A DNA stretch of 63,360 nucleotides, filler included, from Choristocarpus tenellus KU-1152 (taxonomy: Eukaryota > Protista > Phaeophyceae), in assembly GCA_964200185.2 (NCBI GenBank). It is 10 parts of 10 records of this genome, joined end to end, with 100 filler letters (N's around TTAATTAATTAA, not from the genome) between each part and the next. Parts side by side here need not be neighbours in the genome. Positions count along the whole stretch, not along the records: positions 1 to 16,699 come from CAXNAD020000790.1; 9 more parts are not named here. The stretch is one strand, 5' to 3'. The notes beneath the pieces are model-generated. The model had not been told where the DNA came from. It saw only the letters and a list, made by a program, of their open reading frames with translations, and made no database searches. Each line of letters opens with the position of its first letter. The stretch's first letter is position 1. The position numbers and the translations under genes are program-made. This document shows, piece by piece, positions 1-12,300 of this stretch.

Positions 1-139
1 CAGCTGCAGCAGCAGCTACACCATTGCTGGTGGATGAGTGGATGAGGTGGGAGGATGCCTGTACTTCTGCGAATGTCACATCTAGCAGAAGGCCTTTTCC
101 CTTGTAGGGGACTGTTCCAGCACCCACCAGTGCCCCTGT

Positions 140-1400
140 ATGGAAAACCAGATCCATGCGGAGATCCTTATCAACTGTGAAGGGCTGCCGTCCTCTATAG
201 TGCAAGGGGTGCCCATCCCTGTGCATAGTTGGTGCAGGCGTTTCACCACGAGAATGTGCTGCCGTACCTGTCCCCCTGCCCTGTGGGGCAGATACGGACA
301 TGTCTGGTATCGACATTTTGGCTCGTGTACCCTGCCACTGGACACCTATTGGAGAGGGTCTCCTCCCTCCCTAGGGATCTGCTGACTGTTAGGTTGAATT
401 CTCTAGGGGGATATGGAATGCTGGTTCCAGAGGTTGTGTTGAGGCCCATGCATTTGCCTCTTGTCCACACTGGCTCCGGTGGCGCACTAGAGTCAATGAG
501 GAGCTTTCCCTACCTTGGTGTGCCTAGCTTGGTAAGCCTTCCAGTTGCGTCCTGAAGACTGTCCTACGTGTACATGATTTGTGGAGCCAACCAGCAAACC
601 CGGAGATAGTTGTGTTCTTTTGTTCTCACTAGGTGTAGTCAATCGCCGTTAGGTATTGAGGGACATGCCATTCTCAGGGTTTTAATCCTGCTCAGCATGC
701 CCCAAGATCCCTCTCTCACTTCTTCCCTGAACCTCATCTCTGTTGGTTTTCATCACCCTCCATCACACAGAAATCGGTGATGTCTAGACTGGTACTCACG
801 CTGGTCGGCATTGAGGGAACACCAGATATAGTTTGGTCAATTCAAGATGATGGACAAGAAGGAAGTGCAACCAACTCAAAGGGTTGTTGACCCTAATCAG
901 AAAGATAAAATGAAGACCTGGAGAAAAATAACATCGTCAGGAAAGTGCAGATTGATAGGAAGGATCATCCATCCATCCAATGCCGCATATCTTATGGATC
1001 CTAAACCCTTACAAAAGGGCAAGGGCAGCCTATAGTTTTCTCAAACAGGAAGAGGTGGCGTCGGAAAGACTGGGGGACTCCCTCCATATAACCCACGCCA
1101 GACCCGATATTACGTGTTGGGAAAATATGATGATGAGTACAAGGAAGACAAACGGTTTTCTGAATAATCACCATCTCCATTCAACTTGCGTTGTCCATCA
1201 AAGTCAAATTCAGTTCGGGAGAGGGAAGGAGTGGAGTCCAGCCTGACCACCACAAACCTTAGAAGGATGAAGTAGTAGTGGAGGAGATGATTATAATTGA
1301 CCTACCCCAACCCAACCACGTTCCCTGGGGCTATCTACTTCTTCACCACAAAGCACCTTTCTCACAAGAACTTACTGCCATGAGTTCTGGAGCACATGGT
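140..1400 (+). mobile_element. Highly decayed non-LTR retrotransposon remnant (RT + RLE-type endonuclease-like motifs)
   Basis: Broken plus-strand frames carry, in the expected order: IVQG(C)P-like (~196-215), FPYLGVP (RT end, ~505-525), ARPDITCW (RLE PD motif, ~1096-1120) and IIIDL (~1290). Many stops and frameshifts. Confidence 0.35.
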
Positions 1401-1896
1401 TTGTTCTATGCACCCATTACGAAATTTCTAAGATCGGATTATAAACCTTCACTTGGGAATATATCCTATGCCAACTGTGAACAGTATTTGATCAATCGAC
1501 TTGTTGTGTATCGGAGATCACAGCAAATATCACCCTGCCAGAAAACCCTTCTACTATCCCCCCCGTGAGCCCGTGCAGGATAACATAGGATAGCAGTAGG
1601 AGAGAATGAGGAATGAGAGGACTCAGGGATGCCCTGCTAGTTCTGCTTCCTCAGAGACAGTAGTGAAAAGGGCATGTTCTAGATAGTATTATGTTTATAG
1701 ACCTGCTGTCTGAAAAGGTTGAAGAGATTATAAACCTAAGTCATAACTTGATATAACCACAAGGTCAGCAAACCAACTATTGCCACAGGCAAGGACATTT
1801 ATAACCAGTATTGCATCTGCTATCACCTGGTCCTCAAGACCCCTTTTAGAGACGAGGAACGACTTTTTCGAGGTAAATCATGTTCCACTCTGTAAT

Positions 1897-2134
1897 GGGC
1901 CAAAGAAAACGAGAGGTACCCAAGTTTCAGTCTTTTTGCATTTCAAGCCATTTTTTTATTTTTCAACTCACCCATATTTCTATGGATGAAGTGCTAATTT
2001 TTACTTGAGAGCGTTGATTTCTCTATTGCTTGAAACTATATTCCGACACAGATCAGAAAATATCCAGTACGTATTTGAAAAATAACTCAACTAATTTTGT
2101 ACATTTTCGAGGTACCTCTCGTTATCTCTGACTC
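1897..2134. mobile_element. MITE family D (~240 bp)
   Basis: TIRs GGGCCAAAGAAAACGAGAGGTACC ... GGTACCTCTCGTTATCTCTGACTC with an AT-rich non-coding interior. A related terminus GAGTCAAAGTGAACGAGAGGTAC lies at 41980. Confidence 0.7.
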
Positions 2135-2258
2135 AACACTGTGGGCATACAACAGGTACTAAACATTATCCATCATACCTTGCGTTGAATGTTTTCACCT
2201 TGCCACATAGAGGATCCCTCAGTATGTGGACGATGCTGACCATCTTTTGAACTCATAG

Positions 2259-4873
2259 TTGTCGATACAGCCTCTGAAATCCCAGTGATTTCCCTTCGAC
2301 ATATACAGGTTTATTCCACACCCAGCACGGCATATATTTGTGAGCCGAAGTAATCGAGAGGTAGGCAAGGTTGAATGTTTTGGATATAGAGAAAAGGCAA
2401 AAATATTTCGAGTCAAAGTATCTTAGAGGGTAGGGCTGCGTCCATTTGGGGGTCAAAATCCAATGTTGTGATTTTGATGTAATTTTGGCTATTGTGTTTG
2501 AAAGGGAGTGTCAGTATCGTTGTTCAGGACAGACATTTTCATGACATATACATTCTACCTACTCCGAAACATTTGGAGTAGGAACGAGTGATAAAACCCC
2601 CCATGGGGAGTCAAGCCCCAAATGGACAAACAGGGCAAAACTCGTACCCTCTAAGATACGTTCACTCTTCCATATTGTAAACCATATAAAGAGGCTCTGC
2701 TGAATTGTGGTCTCACTTTGTGTATGGAAACGGGGGATATTAATTTGTATGCACAACTGTGCACAAAGCAATGAAATGGGGCTTATTGCATAGGGTAAGT
2801 AAGATGACTTAGTATGCAAAAGGTTCCAAACCTGGCTAACGCTCTTTAACTTTACTTTTCTAAAAATATTTTGTCACGCAATTTTCCCCACCATCAAAAG
2901 TCATCAAATGCCTTAATGCGTACAGTAAGCAACATCCTTGGAGGTTCTGATTTGCCCTCAAGAGCAAATGATACGATTATATCTCGAGTCACTAGCGCAC
3001 ACCAGCTCTCTTCGCCTCCTCCACAAAGCCGATGACCATGGTATCTACTTGATCCAGTAAACAAGAACACAAGAGCATTCAGTGTCTGGTTTGCTGCAGA
3101 TACGACTTGGATATAGATATAAGGCATCGTCACAGTTGACAAGCACTTGGACGGTACAAACTACTGATGTAGTGCAAACGGTAGTGCCACAACTCACACA
3201 TTCATTACCAGTTTTAACAGTATTCCTCTGGATGTCATGGTTTCCTAACCCCCTTCTCGTCGCTTTTTCTCCAATGCCAAGAAGTTGTTTCTCAATCTCA
3301 TTTGGATATCGTCTCCTTGAGAGGGTCCTCACACCAACACCGTATGAGCCAAAGCATTTACGAGGGTAGGAGCTTTGCTCTTCTTGTCCCTTCGGGGCTT
3401 GGCTTCCCACAGTTTTTTTTTGCCCTTTTCCGTTTTTTTGTGTGAACATTTCGGATTTCGGAGTAGGTAAGATGTCTAGGACAATGAAAGGTGTGTCCAG
3501 AGCAAGGATATTGATCCTTGCTAACATCCAAAATCGAACCTTATGCCCTTTGTGGGGATCCTTAGAGTGCAAACCTACCTACCTCTCGGTTGGCTTGCCT
3601 CAGTAGTAGAGAATGCTTCGAAATAAGTAGCACTGAGTAAAAGTATGTTGTGTGTACGAAGTGAGAGGGTGGAACGAAAATTAAAGGTTTGTTCGGATTA
3701 TGGTTTTGGGTCGGATATCATAGTAATCGTTAGCTATTCTGTGGCAATGAACATAACTCATGGCGGGAGTTGTGTGCTGAAATGATTGTATAAGTTCATA
3801 TTGGTTTGTGATATTGAGCATTGAAGTAAGCAAGATATTGCATAATTACAACCAGGAAAGATCGTGAGTAGCCAAACTTCACTTCGATCTTCAAGTTGCC
3901 TTTCCTTCATAACGTGTATCTCGGAGTTTGTTCCCCTGTCTTGAATGTCGCCTGCAGAGGTAACAACAGTTCCTCAAGATAATATCATCACCAGGATGGT
4001 GAGTGTAGCTAGATTTGCTGCTGCTGCTGCTGCTGCTGACAATTATTTGCAAGCTAACGCACTTTACACCATCAATCGTATTCACACAAAAGGTTGCATG
4101 GAGTGTTCCTGGTCATCATTCTGACTATATTGAGTACCCTGTCGCTTAGCCAGGATGTGGAGAAGCACACTAATAGTGCATCTGCACTGTATATGAAAGA
4201 TCCAAGCAGTGCTTGTCACTCTAGATGGGACTCGTGGCCTGCTACACAGGACAGTGGACTTCAAGACTTAAACGTTGCTGTCTACGGCCTTTTTCCAGCA
4301 CTTGGTAACTTATTTTCATCCCTGCAAAATGTGATAAAGGTGATATTCTTCATACACACTACAACTACAACGAAAATATGCTCTGCAAGTATTATTTTTT
4401 TCTTGAATTATTGTGCTTTTTTCTTCAAATCTCACCGCTGCCCTGGCAGGTATGTGTATACCTTGAAATTGCACTTGTGCTTGAAGATCTACCATTTGAG
4501 AGTTTTGGAGCAGCTCTAATACCAAACAAAATCCTGTGGGATGTGGATCCCACACCTTTTGTCCAGGAGTTTGATAACATAAAACGTGGTAAGTCAGGGA
4601 ATAAAGAAAATGTTGAGCTGCCTCTCTTTTCTTTGTTGTCCCCTAACTTCTCTTGTTATGTGTGTACTGTTTATAATTTATGGACTTGATAGTTCGGTCC
4701 TGATTGTACATCAAGGAAAGATATAACATCAATTCTATCATCACAACATTGTTTAGCTTCACAAATCTGGTTTTTGTATTGCAGTACACCTCCTGCTGTC
4801 ATTAGTTCTTGGCCATTTAGTATCATTCCAACCTTCTGTTACCTTGTTCAACATACTAGAAGTGTTTCAAAAA
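2259..4873 (+). CDS. Putative multi-exon gene of unknown function (partial)
   Basis: Phase-compatible GT-AG exon chain 2259-2308, 3100-3153, 3960-3998, 4154-4339, 4450-4588, 4785-4873 gives an open frame (...IRLGYRYKASSQ...VYGLFPALGNLFSSLQNVIK/VCVYLEIALVLEDLPF...). No recognised domain; start and stop not found. Confidence 0.35.
2342..2832 (+). mobile_element. MITE family C copy, interrupted by a family A MITE
   Basis: Starts GAGCCGAAGTAATCGAGAGGTAGGCAAGGTTG; body matches copies at 8034-8291 and 21527-22074. A minus-strand terminus fragment lies at ~3551-3601. Confidence 0.65.
2410..2667 (+). mobile_element. MITE family A, full length
   Basis: TIRs GAGTCAAAGTATCTTAGAGGGTA ... TACCCTCTAAGATACGTTCACTC; flanked by ttc/ttc; many copies in the window. 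Confidence 0.9.
3346..3530 (-). mobile_element. MITE family A variant, truncated
   Basis: GAGCCAAAGCATTTACGAGGGTAGGAG terminus; body matches the variant copy at 39136-39410. Confidence 0.7.
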
Positions 4874-4929
4874 GTATGAGGTTCGAACATTAAATATGGA
4901 CCATGTAGACAACCTGGTGCCTATCCTAA

Positions 4930-5096
4930 GGCCCAAAGTATCTGAGGAGGAAGAGGGGGATCTAAACCAAATCCTCCTTTGGGGCCCTGACCAGGATAGG
5001 TACACTTACAGTATCCATCCGACTCATGCAACCAAATTCACCTAAAAATCGCGACATGGACAGTCGCCCAGCCCCCGCCCCCAGATACTTTGAGTC
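4930..5096. mobile_element. MITE family B
   Basis: GGCCCAAAGTATCTG ... CCCCAGATACTTTGAGTC termini; interior matches other B copies. Confidence 0.8.
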
Positions 5097-5129
5097 AGAT
5101 AGCCCCTACCTTTCACTCTTTCGTTCTCA

Positions 5130-5358
5130 GAGACAAAGCATCTTAGAGGACAGAGCCGCGTCCACCTGGGGGTCAATATCCAATGTTGCAATTTTTATGT
5201 AATTTTGGCTATTTTGTTTGTTAGGAAATTTTTATATCCTTGTTGCCGACACACCTTTTCATAACATATACATTTTACCTACTCCGAAACATTGTGGGAA
5301 GCCAAGCCAAAAAAGGACAAACAGGGAAAAACTCGTACCCTCTAAGATATTTTCACTC
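5130..5358 (+). mobile_element. MITE family A (internal deletion)
   Basis: Family A TIRs; 4-bp TSD ctca/ctca. Confidence 0.9.
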
Positions 5359-6120
5359 CTCATTCCTAACTCCTGTGTAACCTTTCCTTGGCGGAACTGT
5401 CCATCCTGGTCGTCTCTCTCCTTCTCCCCAACCTCTTGTGTTGGTCTTACCATTACCCTTCACTCCGAAGAGTGCGTCTACCTGCCGTGTCTCCACCTGT
5501 TAACGGTGTACTACTCTGTACCACTCTTGGTAGAGTATTAAGTACCCCGACAGAAATTACAACAAATTATTGATCACTTTGGAGGGTGATTTGGGTTCAG
5601 GGTCGTTGTGCCTTAGTAGAAGGGTCGACCTAAGACCATAAAGGGCTTGAAAAACCTTATACCTGTCATCCGCATTCCCCTGTCCGAAATCAAGCTACAT
5701 CCTCCCTCATCAGGAGGCTGCAAGTAAGAAGATAGACGTTCGTCCACTCAAGCACAAAATCACCATTTAGAGTACTTGGAACACATATAACCACACTGGA
5801 GTATCAGATGCCCCTTCTACTCGACAACAATCCCCTCTGGGATACGATACTATGGCTTTGTTGGGGCATGACGTATATACCATGTCATGCCTCAGTGATT
5901 AGGTTCTTTCCCCCAACAATTTCTTCACATGTCAGTGGGTAAGTGTGTAATACACACGAATATGTTGCTGGTAGTGCTAGCTTTGCAATGAATCCCTACT
6001 CTGAAGTACTGGAATGCGTATAGCATATATATCTGAGGGTATATGGAATTGGAGGTCTTCTTTTCTATGCAACCATGAGTATTTGCTGTATGAGCTGCTG
6101 TAGATAGATATTGTCTGGTC

Positions 6121-6549
6121 CCATACGAAATTTCGCATATCATCGTAATAAGACCCTGTTGAAGATGGTGCTTGCTCTCAGCCCTCAGGACGAGACATCA
6201 TTAAGATTATTATGAAACAAGAGTTTTATTTTTCGATTCCCTGAAGGATGCATTGCTCTGGGGTATTAAAGAACGATTGGCATTAAAAAACATAAATACA
6301 TCTTACCTGCGTGTTGTGTGGCCAGGGCAAGAGGAAGTAGTAGGAGGGGATTTGAAAAGGGGGAGTGTTGTGAAACGCTTCTCAGGGAGTCTTGATGGAG
6401 TAAGCTACTATAGTTATATAGTAGGGTATGTAATCAGGCAAGGGTCCAACGCAGATGCTGATCACTTGAAGAAGGCGCTATTTAATAGTATTCATAATAT
6501 GTACTCCATCAATGTAAAGACAGAGAGGAAGAAGGTGCGACTTGAATGA
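6121..6549 (+). pseudogene. Possible decayed Ulp1/C48-like protease fragment (TE cargo?)
   Basis: Reading through stops gives HIIVIRPC*RWCLLSA...RVLFFDSL...DGVSYYSYI, echoing the C48 pattern IFIP..HW.L..I.YFDSL..Q.DG.SCG. Catalytic H and C are not retained. Confidence 0.3.
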
Positions 6550-7458
6550 ATTTAGGTAGAAGTATCTATCGATAGAGTAGGTCCTCTAATGATATTTATT
6601 GTGTCCATCATTAGGCATTAAATGGTCACAGGTTTTGCGACGGGTAAGAATGATAAATGATACAGCATGTGTTTCCTGCTGTGCTGTGCAAGATTGAAAC
6701 TCTGGAGTGTGTACTTCGATTGAGAATACTGTTGTGGTATATGTAAAATGTTCTTAATACTTAGAAGTAGGAGGTTAGCATATTGTATATACTTTGATCT
6801 AGCATGCCTCATCGCGTATATATATATATAATATATATGGAAAGAGTGTGCCTTTTCTGGTGCAATGTGTGTGGTAATGTGCAATGGTATGTCAGGATGG
6901 ATTTCATAGTGGATTCGCGCATGGTCGATGTGGCAGGGAGTATGAATTGGGTGGACGATTGGTTGAATACACGTAGGTGGCATACTACTACTGACCCAGT
7001 GGTTGGAGGGAGTGATTGTCACGAAGCCCAGGTCACTCTGTTTGTGGTTAGGTGTTAGGTTTAATGAGATGGCAATTCATTGGTATGAAATATTCCCATT
7101 GATATGAGGAATATATGCATATCTCAATTGTTGGTTTCAGAGTGTGCAACAAATGATAATTGTTTGGATTGCTCATACTTTTTGGGGATGATACATCGGT
7201 TTGTAGACCTTTGTTGGGTAAGAGACGATGTCGTAGCTTGCCAGGAAGTCTGGGTGAGTGCTACATTGGTTTCATAACACTTGGGGTGGCGCACTCCCAA
7301 TGACCCAGTTATTTCATGGAGCGAGTGTCATTAAGCCTGCGTCAAACTGCTTTTTGTGTGATGCGAGACGTTTTGGATTTTGTGCGATATCACACTCCCA
7401 CTTAGCCAATGATTTCACTGAGTGGTCACCACACCTAAGTCACACCTTGTACAGAAGA

Positions 7459-7711
7459 GAGCCAAAGTATCTTAGAGGGTAAAGCCACGTCCATTTGGGG
7501 TCAAAATCCAATGTTGCGATTTTGATGTAATTTTGGCTATCGTGTTAGGAAGTTTCAATATCTATGTTTCGGACACACCTTTTCATAACGTGTACATTTT
7601 ATCTACCCCTAAACATTTTGGAGCAGCAAAATGTAATAAAAAAAACATGGGAAGCCAACCCCCAAATGGACAAACAGGGCAAAATTCGTACCCTCTAAGA
7701 TACTTTCAATC
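7459..7711 (+). mobile_element. MITE family A, full length
   Basis: Family A TIRs; perfect 4-bp TSD aaga/aaga. Confidence 0.92.
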
Positions 7712-8033
7712 AAGACTAGTTTGGGGTATGGAAATAATGTCGAAATTGTTGGAAGAAGGAAAGCGACGAAGAGGGAAGAAGAGCAAAGCAAAGTGACACT
7801 GATCCAGGCATAATTTAATCAGAAGAATAAAACGATCTCAACACAACACCCTAGCCTGAACAATCTACAATGCAAAAGAATATTGTGCTATAATGCTGTC
7901 TGTGGAACCTGAGGAACTTTCTACTCCTCCCACCTGCCTCACCACCACGAGTTAGAACTTTAAAAGAGAACTTCTTCTCTCAGATCTCATATAATATGTA
8001 TTTATGTACTGTTTTCTCAGCATCTATACGTCT

Positions 8034-8291
8034 GAATCAAACCAACTGATAGGTAGGCAGGGTTGCATTATAAGGATCACCACAAAGGTAAAATAAAGAT
8101 ATTTTTTATAATTGCGGAAAGAGCCTTTGCTGAATTGTAGTTTCGCTTTGTCAGTGGAAAGGAGGGACATCAGTATTGTGTGCACTATTGTGTACATAAA
8201 GCAATGAAATAGAGTGTAATGCGCAGGGTAAGAGAGATGGCTTAGAATGCAAAAGGTTCCAAACTTGCCTTCCTCTCAATTGGTTTGGCTC
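8034..8291 (+). mobile_element. MITE family C, full length
   Basis: ~30-bp imperfect TIRs GAATCAAACCAACTGATAGGTAGGCAGGGTTG ... CAAACTTGCCTTCCTCTCAATTGGTTTGGCTC. Confidence 0.75.
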
Positions 8292-8461
8292 ACCAATCAC
8301 CGGTCAAAATTAGGTCCTTAAATGAACCATGCACCATACTATGGTGTATGCCCCTCCTTCCTGGTGTTCCTTAGTTCCAACTCTGCTCGTATGGAAGGAT
8401 GATGTATTGGTTCTATTTTTTATTAACTCTAAAACAGTAGTAGTACATATATATTACAGTG

Positions 8462-8577
8462 AATCCTGCCTACGACAAATAATCTCTGTTACAACGCAGG
8501 TGACCCTGTCTAGACGTGTCTTGCGTTTTAAGCTAAGGACACCAGAGAAATGGGCAAGGAGGGGCTTGTTGGATTCT
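8462..8577 (+). mobile_element. 3' fragment of a CRE/RLE-type non-LTR retrotransposon
   Basis: Encodes SCLRQIISVTTQVTLSRRVLRFKL...RRGLLDS; homologous to the inverted copy at 8693-8810. Confidence 0.5.
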
Positions 8578-8692
8578 TGGGATGCTTCCCTTCCTCCTCA
8601 CCCTGGGGTGCAGGAATAGCTAGGTTGGAGGCACAGGAGGCAGTGGTACAGCATAGTTGGTAGTAAAATAGTAAATTATTGTTTTTTCACAT

Positions 8693-8940
8693 TTACGAAT
8701 CTAACAAGCCCCTCCTTGCCCATCTCCTTGGTGTGTCCATCTTAAAGCGTATGACCCGTCTGGATAGGGCTACCTGTGTTGTAACAGAAACTACCTGTCG
8801 TAGACGGGATTTGACAGTCCTCTTCCTGGTAAAACCTCCTGTTCCTCTCCCCCCTACCGCGTGCGTAACTAGCTCATCCAGAAGACCACTTTCCGCTTGC
8901 TTGTGGAGGCGCCCCAAACTCTCCACTCGAAAGAAAGGTG
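8693..8940 (-). mobile_element. 3' fragment of a CRE/RLE-type non-LTR retrotransposon
   Basis: PFFRVESLGRLHKQAE..LLDELVTHAVGG...RLRQVVSVTTQVALSRRV resembles the F.P.AVES.GRLG..A..L..L / Q..SV.LQ C-terminus of CRE-clade RLE domains. Confidence 0.55.
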
Positions 8941-9378
8941 TTGACGTTGTAACTACGAGAGTATCAACTACATATATATATACGGTATGACAGACCATGT
9001 TGTTTTGGTCACGTACACCCTAAAGTTGTGCTTTTACAAATAGTTGGCGTTGGTTGATATATCCAAAGAGGGATTGTTCTCCACAAGGAACATGATGGTG
9101 GCGTTCTTTCCCCCCCCCTCTAATTCGTGTTGTTGGAAGATCTCGTATTATTGTGACAGTTGGTAGTGTATTTTATATACAAATGTACACATCGTCACTT
9201 TTGTTGTGAAGATGTGATATTAATGTCGTTTGCGTTTGATATGAAGGAAATAAAAGTCAAGAGTCCTCGTATGTATTGAATTGTATGTAACCCCCCAATC
9301 TCGAACAGCTTGCCCGTATATTCAATATCGTAGATGGTGAAATAGGGTTGAGTTGGGGTTGATGATATAGAGGAAGCC

Positions 9379-12300
9379 ATGTTTCGCCGCAAGTCCAAAA
9401 CAGAGAAGAAAAAGGTATGAGGACTGTTATAGAGAGGTTACGTGGGTTGAGGATAGAGTGTTGTAGTCTCTAGACGCCTAAATAATTCGTTCTCATCGTT
9501 CCTATGCCTCAACAGCGAGCTTGGGAGGATGATGTCAACAGCGAAGATACTGGTGTCCCAAGTGGGGCGTTCCTTTCTCTCCAGAAGGAAATTGAGGCCA
9601 AGGAAAATATAAGGAAAGAGAACGAAGAACGCACCCAGAATGCCGAACGTCTGAGATTACAGGAACAAGAAGCCATCCGTGTGAAGGCAAGTCCTTTGAT
9701 GTGAGCCAAAGTCTTGACATGTGTAAGTAATAATGTGTACGCCTATACGACATCCGCTTTTTTCTACAGGGGTATGATATGGGCGCCTTTGTTCGTCCTC
9801 CATGACTGCACTCGTTCAACCCAGGCTGAGAAACGGATAGCTTCAACCCGGAATCCCAAGGTCTTTCTTGACATCGAGATTGCCGAAAGCGCAGGAGCCG
9901 ATAGCCGATTGAAGAAGGGAACAAAAGTGGGACGTATCGTCATGGTACTGTTCAGCGATGTTGTGCCACGAACGGCGGAGAATTTCCGTGCGTTGTGTAC
10001 AGGGGAAAAGGCAAGCGTGACAACGGTACCTTGTCTTCGACTGGGAGCTACTCCTCCTGTTGATCGTGGGCTGTCATTAAATTATCAAGACTTCTGAGTA
10101 TGAGTAGTCTCGAGGCTTCGCAAGTCCAATCTTGGTGAGGCAACAGAGAGTAACAACCTCTATTGCCTTCACCTCCGGTCTGTGTCCAAGCTTGCCTCAA
10201 TCCTCTTGGAACGCTGATAGACTCTTATACCCGACTCCATTGTACTTTGTCCCCAGCCGCGTGGGAGCAGCGGTTTTCCCTTGAGTTATCTTGGCAACAT
10301 TTTCCACAGAATTGTCCCGCGTTTCATGGCCCAAGGAGGTGACATTACGAGAGAGGATGGGAGGTGAGGTGTGTCTGGAGCAAGTCAACACCTTGGTGTT
10401 GACATAATTGAATTGTCACTTGAGCTTGTGACTGACTGCATTATTTTCGCAACCGTACCCACGATTAATATCATGTTCAGTGGCGGGGAGTCCATCTATG
10501 GGCAAACCTTCGAGGATGAAAGCTTCCGTCTCAAGCATGACCAACCAGGGCTGCTGTCAATGGCAAACTCAGGTCTGTCCCTGTCCTGTTCAAATTTGAC
10601 TAAACGTCCATTCTCCAGTAGCAAACAGATGGAGAGTACAGCTCTGGGACTAGTTAAATATTTTGCAGGCCTTAACAATACAGTATTCTTCTAAATATTG
10701 AATTTTGAGGAGGCAAATGAAAATTCAGCACCAACATTCGCCACATCAGAGTATTGAAGTGACCTACCGTATGGACAGGTCATTCCCCTCTTTCTCAATA
10801 ATATATCTTTTTGATATATAAATATGTGGCAAAGTGATGGATGTCAAGATCCACCAATGTTTGCATCCTGAGAGAACAAGACCTTTTTTTTCGATTTTAT
10901 CAGCAGCCAATAAAAATGGATTGGTGTAAGGTTCCCCCCTAAAGGTCAAACCAGACATGTTGCCACTTTGATTTCCAGTCTTGTTAGAAGAATATCTATG
11001 TAGGTGAGTATTGTGTCATTTGACTCACCAGGATTTTTTTTCCCCTTGTTGGACCTTCAATTGTCCCATTTATGGGTTTATCCTGCAATCAGCGTAACTG
11101 GATGACAGAATACAGGCACACCAACTCTTTCATCATTATCAATTTGCACAACATGATAGGATGTTTCACGATTGTGATGCCTACCCACATTTCACCTGAA
11201 GCAAAAGTTGTGATAGTTCTGTGGTTTCGTTAATCACGGTGCTCCACTGTATTCACTTGGACCGCATGTCTGCTGTAGTATTTTCAGAAGTGTTCAAAAT
11301 TGCTTTAACTCTGTACAATAATACAATGGACAATGATTTCATGACATATTGAGAAAGATAATTATAACCTTGAACTTTTTCAAACCGTTTATATTTAGAG
11401 TTACATTGGAGCCTTTGTTTCCACTTTCTAAGTACTACTCAGGAGTTCGTACTATAAATTTAATAATATGTTGAATGCTATACCAAAACCAAAATGCTAC
11501 TTGAGTCAGTAGAGTGTAAAGTTCTATCCAAGAAGACATAAGAGGTCATCGTTCAAAGGTCGTCCATTGTGCAAGTAATGTGTTGTGGTCACTTGTTTAT
11601 TTTGTTTTATGGAGGACACGTGTAAGATTCCTACAGTACACACAGTGTGCAGGAATTGTCTGGATTTTATTGACACCAAGTTTTAAGTTACTAGACTACA
11701 TTTTGCAGCACTGAAAATGACTCACATGTTTGGTCAGCGGGATGGTATAGTCATAGAGAAGAGAAAAAGGGTGTATAATGTTTCAGTATCCCTGTATGGT
11801 TATACTATCCCCGCTGTCTGCTTTTTTTTTTCATGATAATATTTGGTGTAATTTGGGAATTTTCTGGTGGATTGCTGTTTAAGACCTATGAGATAGAAGA
11901 TGCACCACAGATGTCACAAAAATGCAATATTATCTTCTGCATTATGTTGATTTATCTACCAAGTGATGTTCCTACTTTGAAGTTTGTTAGTGGGCTTGGT
12001 AGGTTTGAACAGAACTTTTCGTGAGTCAGGTATATTGGAGCAATATTTCCAGAAATGTATGACCTTTTTTGTAGCAGTTGAATTTGGGTTGTCTTTCTGA
12101 ACATATTCTGTGCCAATTTCTGTGCTTCTATCTTGAAGAATTGGAAAAGACTTTAATCCAGTCAGGGGTGCTGGATATTCAATTATCTTGGTCATCTATT
12201 GGATTGATGTACCTCTTCAACCTGTTGTGCTCAACCGATTCTGCTTCCCTTTCTTATTGAAGGTCGAAATTCAAATAATTCCCAGTTCTTCCTCACGTTT

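Noticed and set aside
7533-7796. Recurring short ORFs with SYPLRYF / ILEGTSFALFVHLG peptides (also ~2559, 5259, 24054, 35730)
   Set aside because: Chance translations of MITE family A; frames are not conserved among copies.
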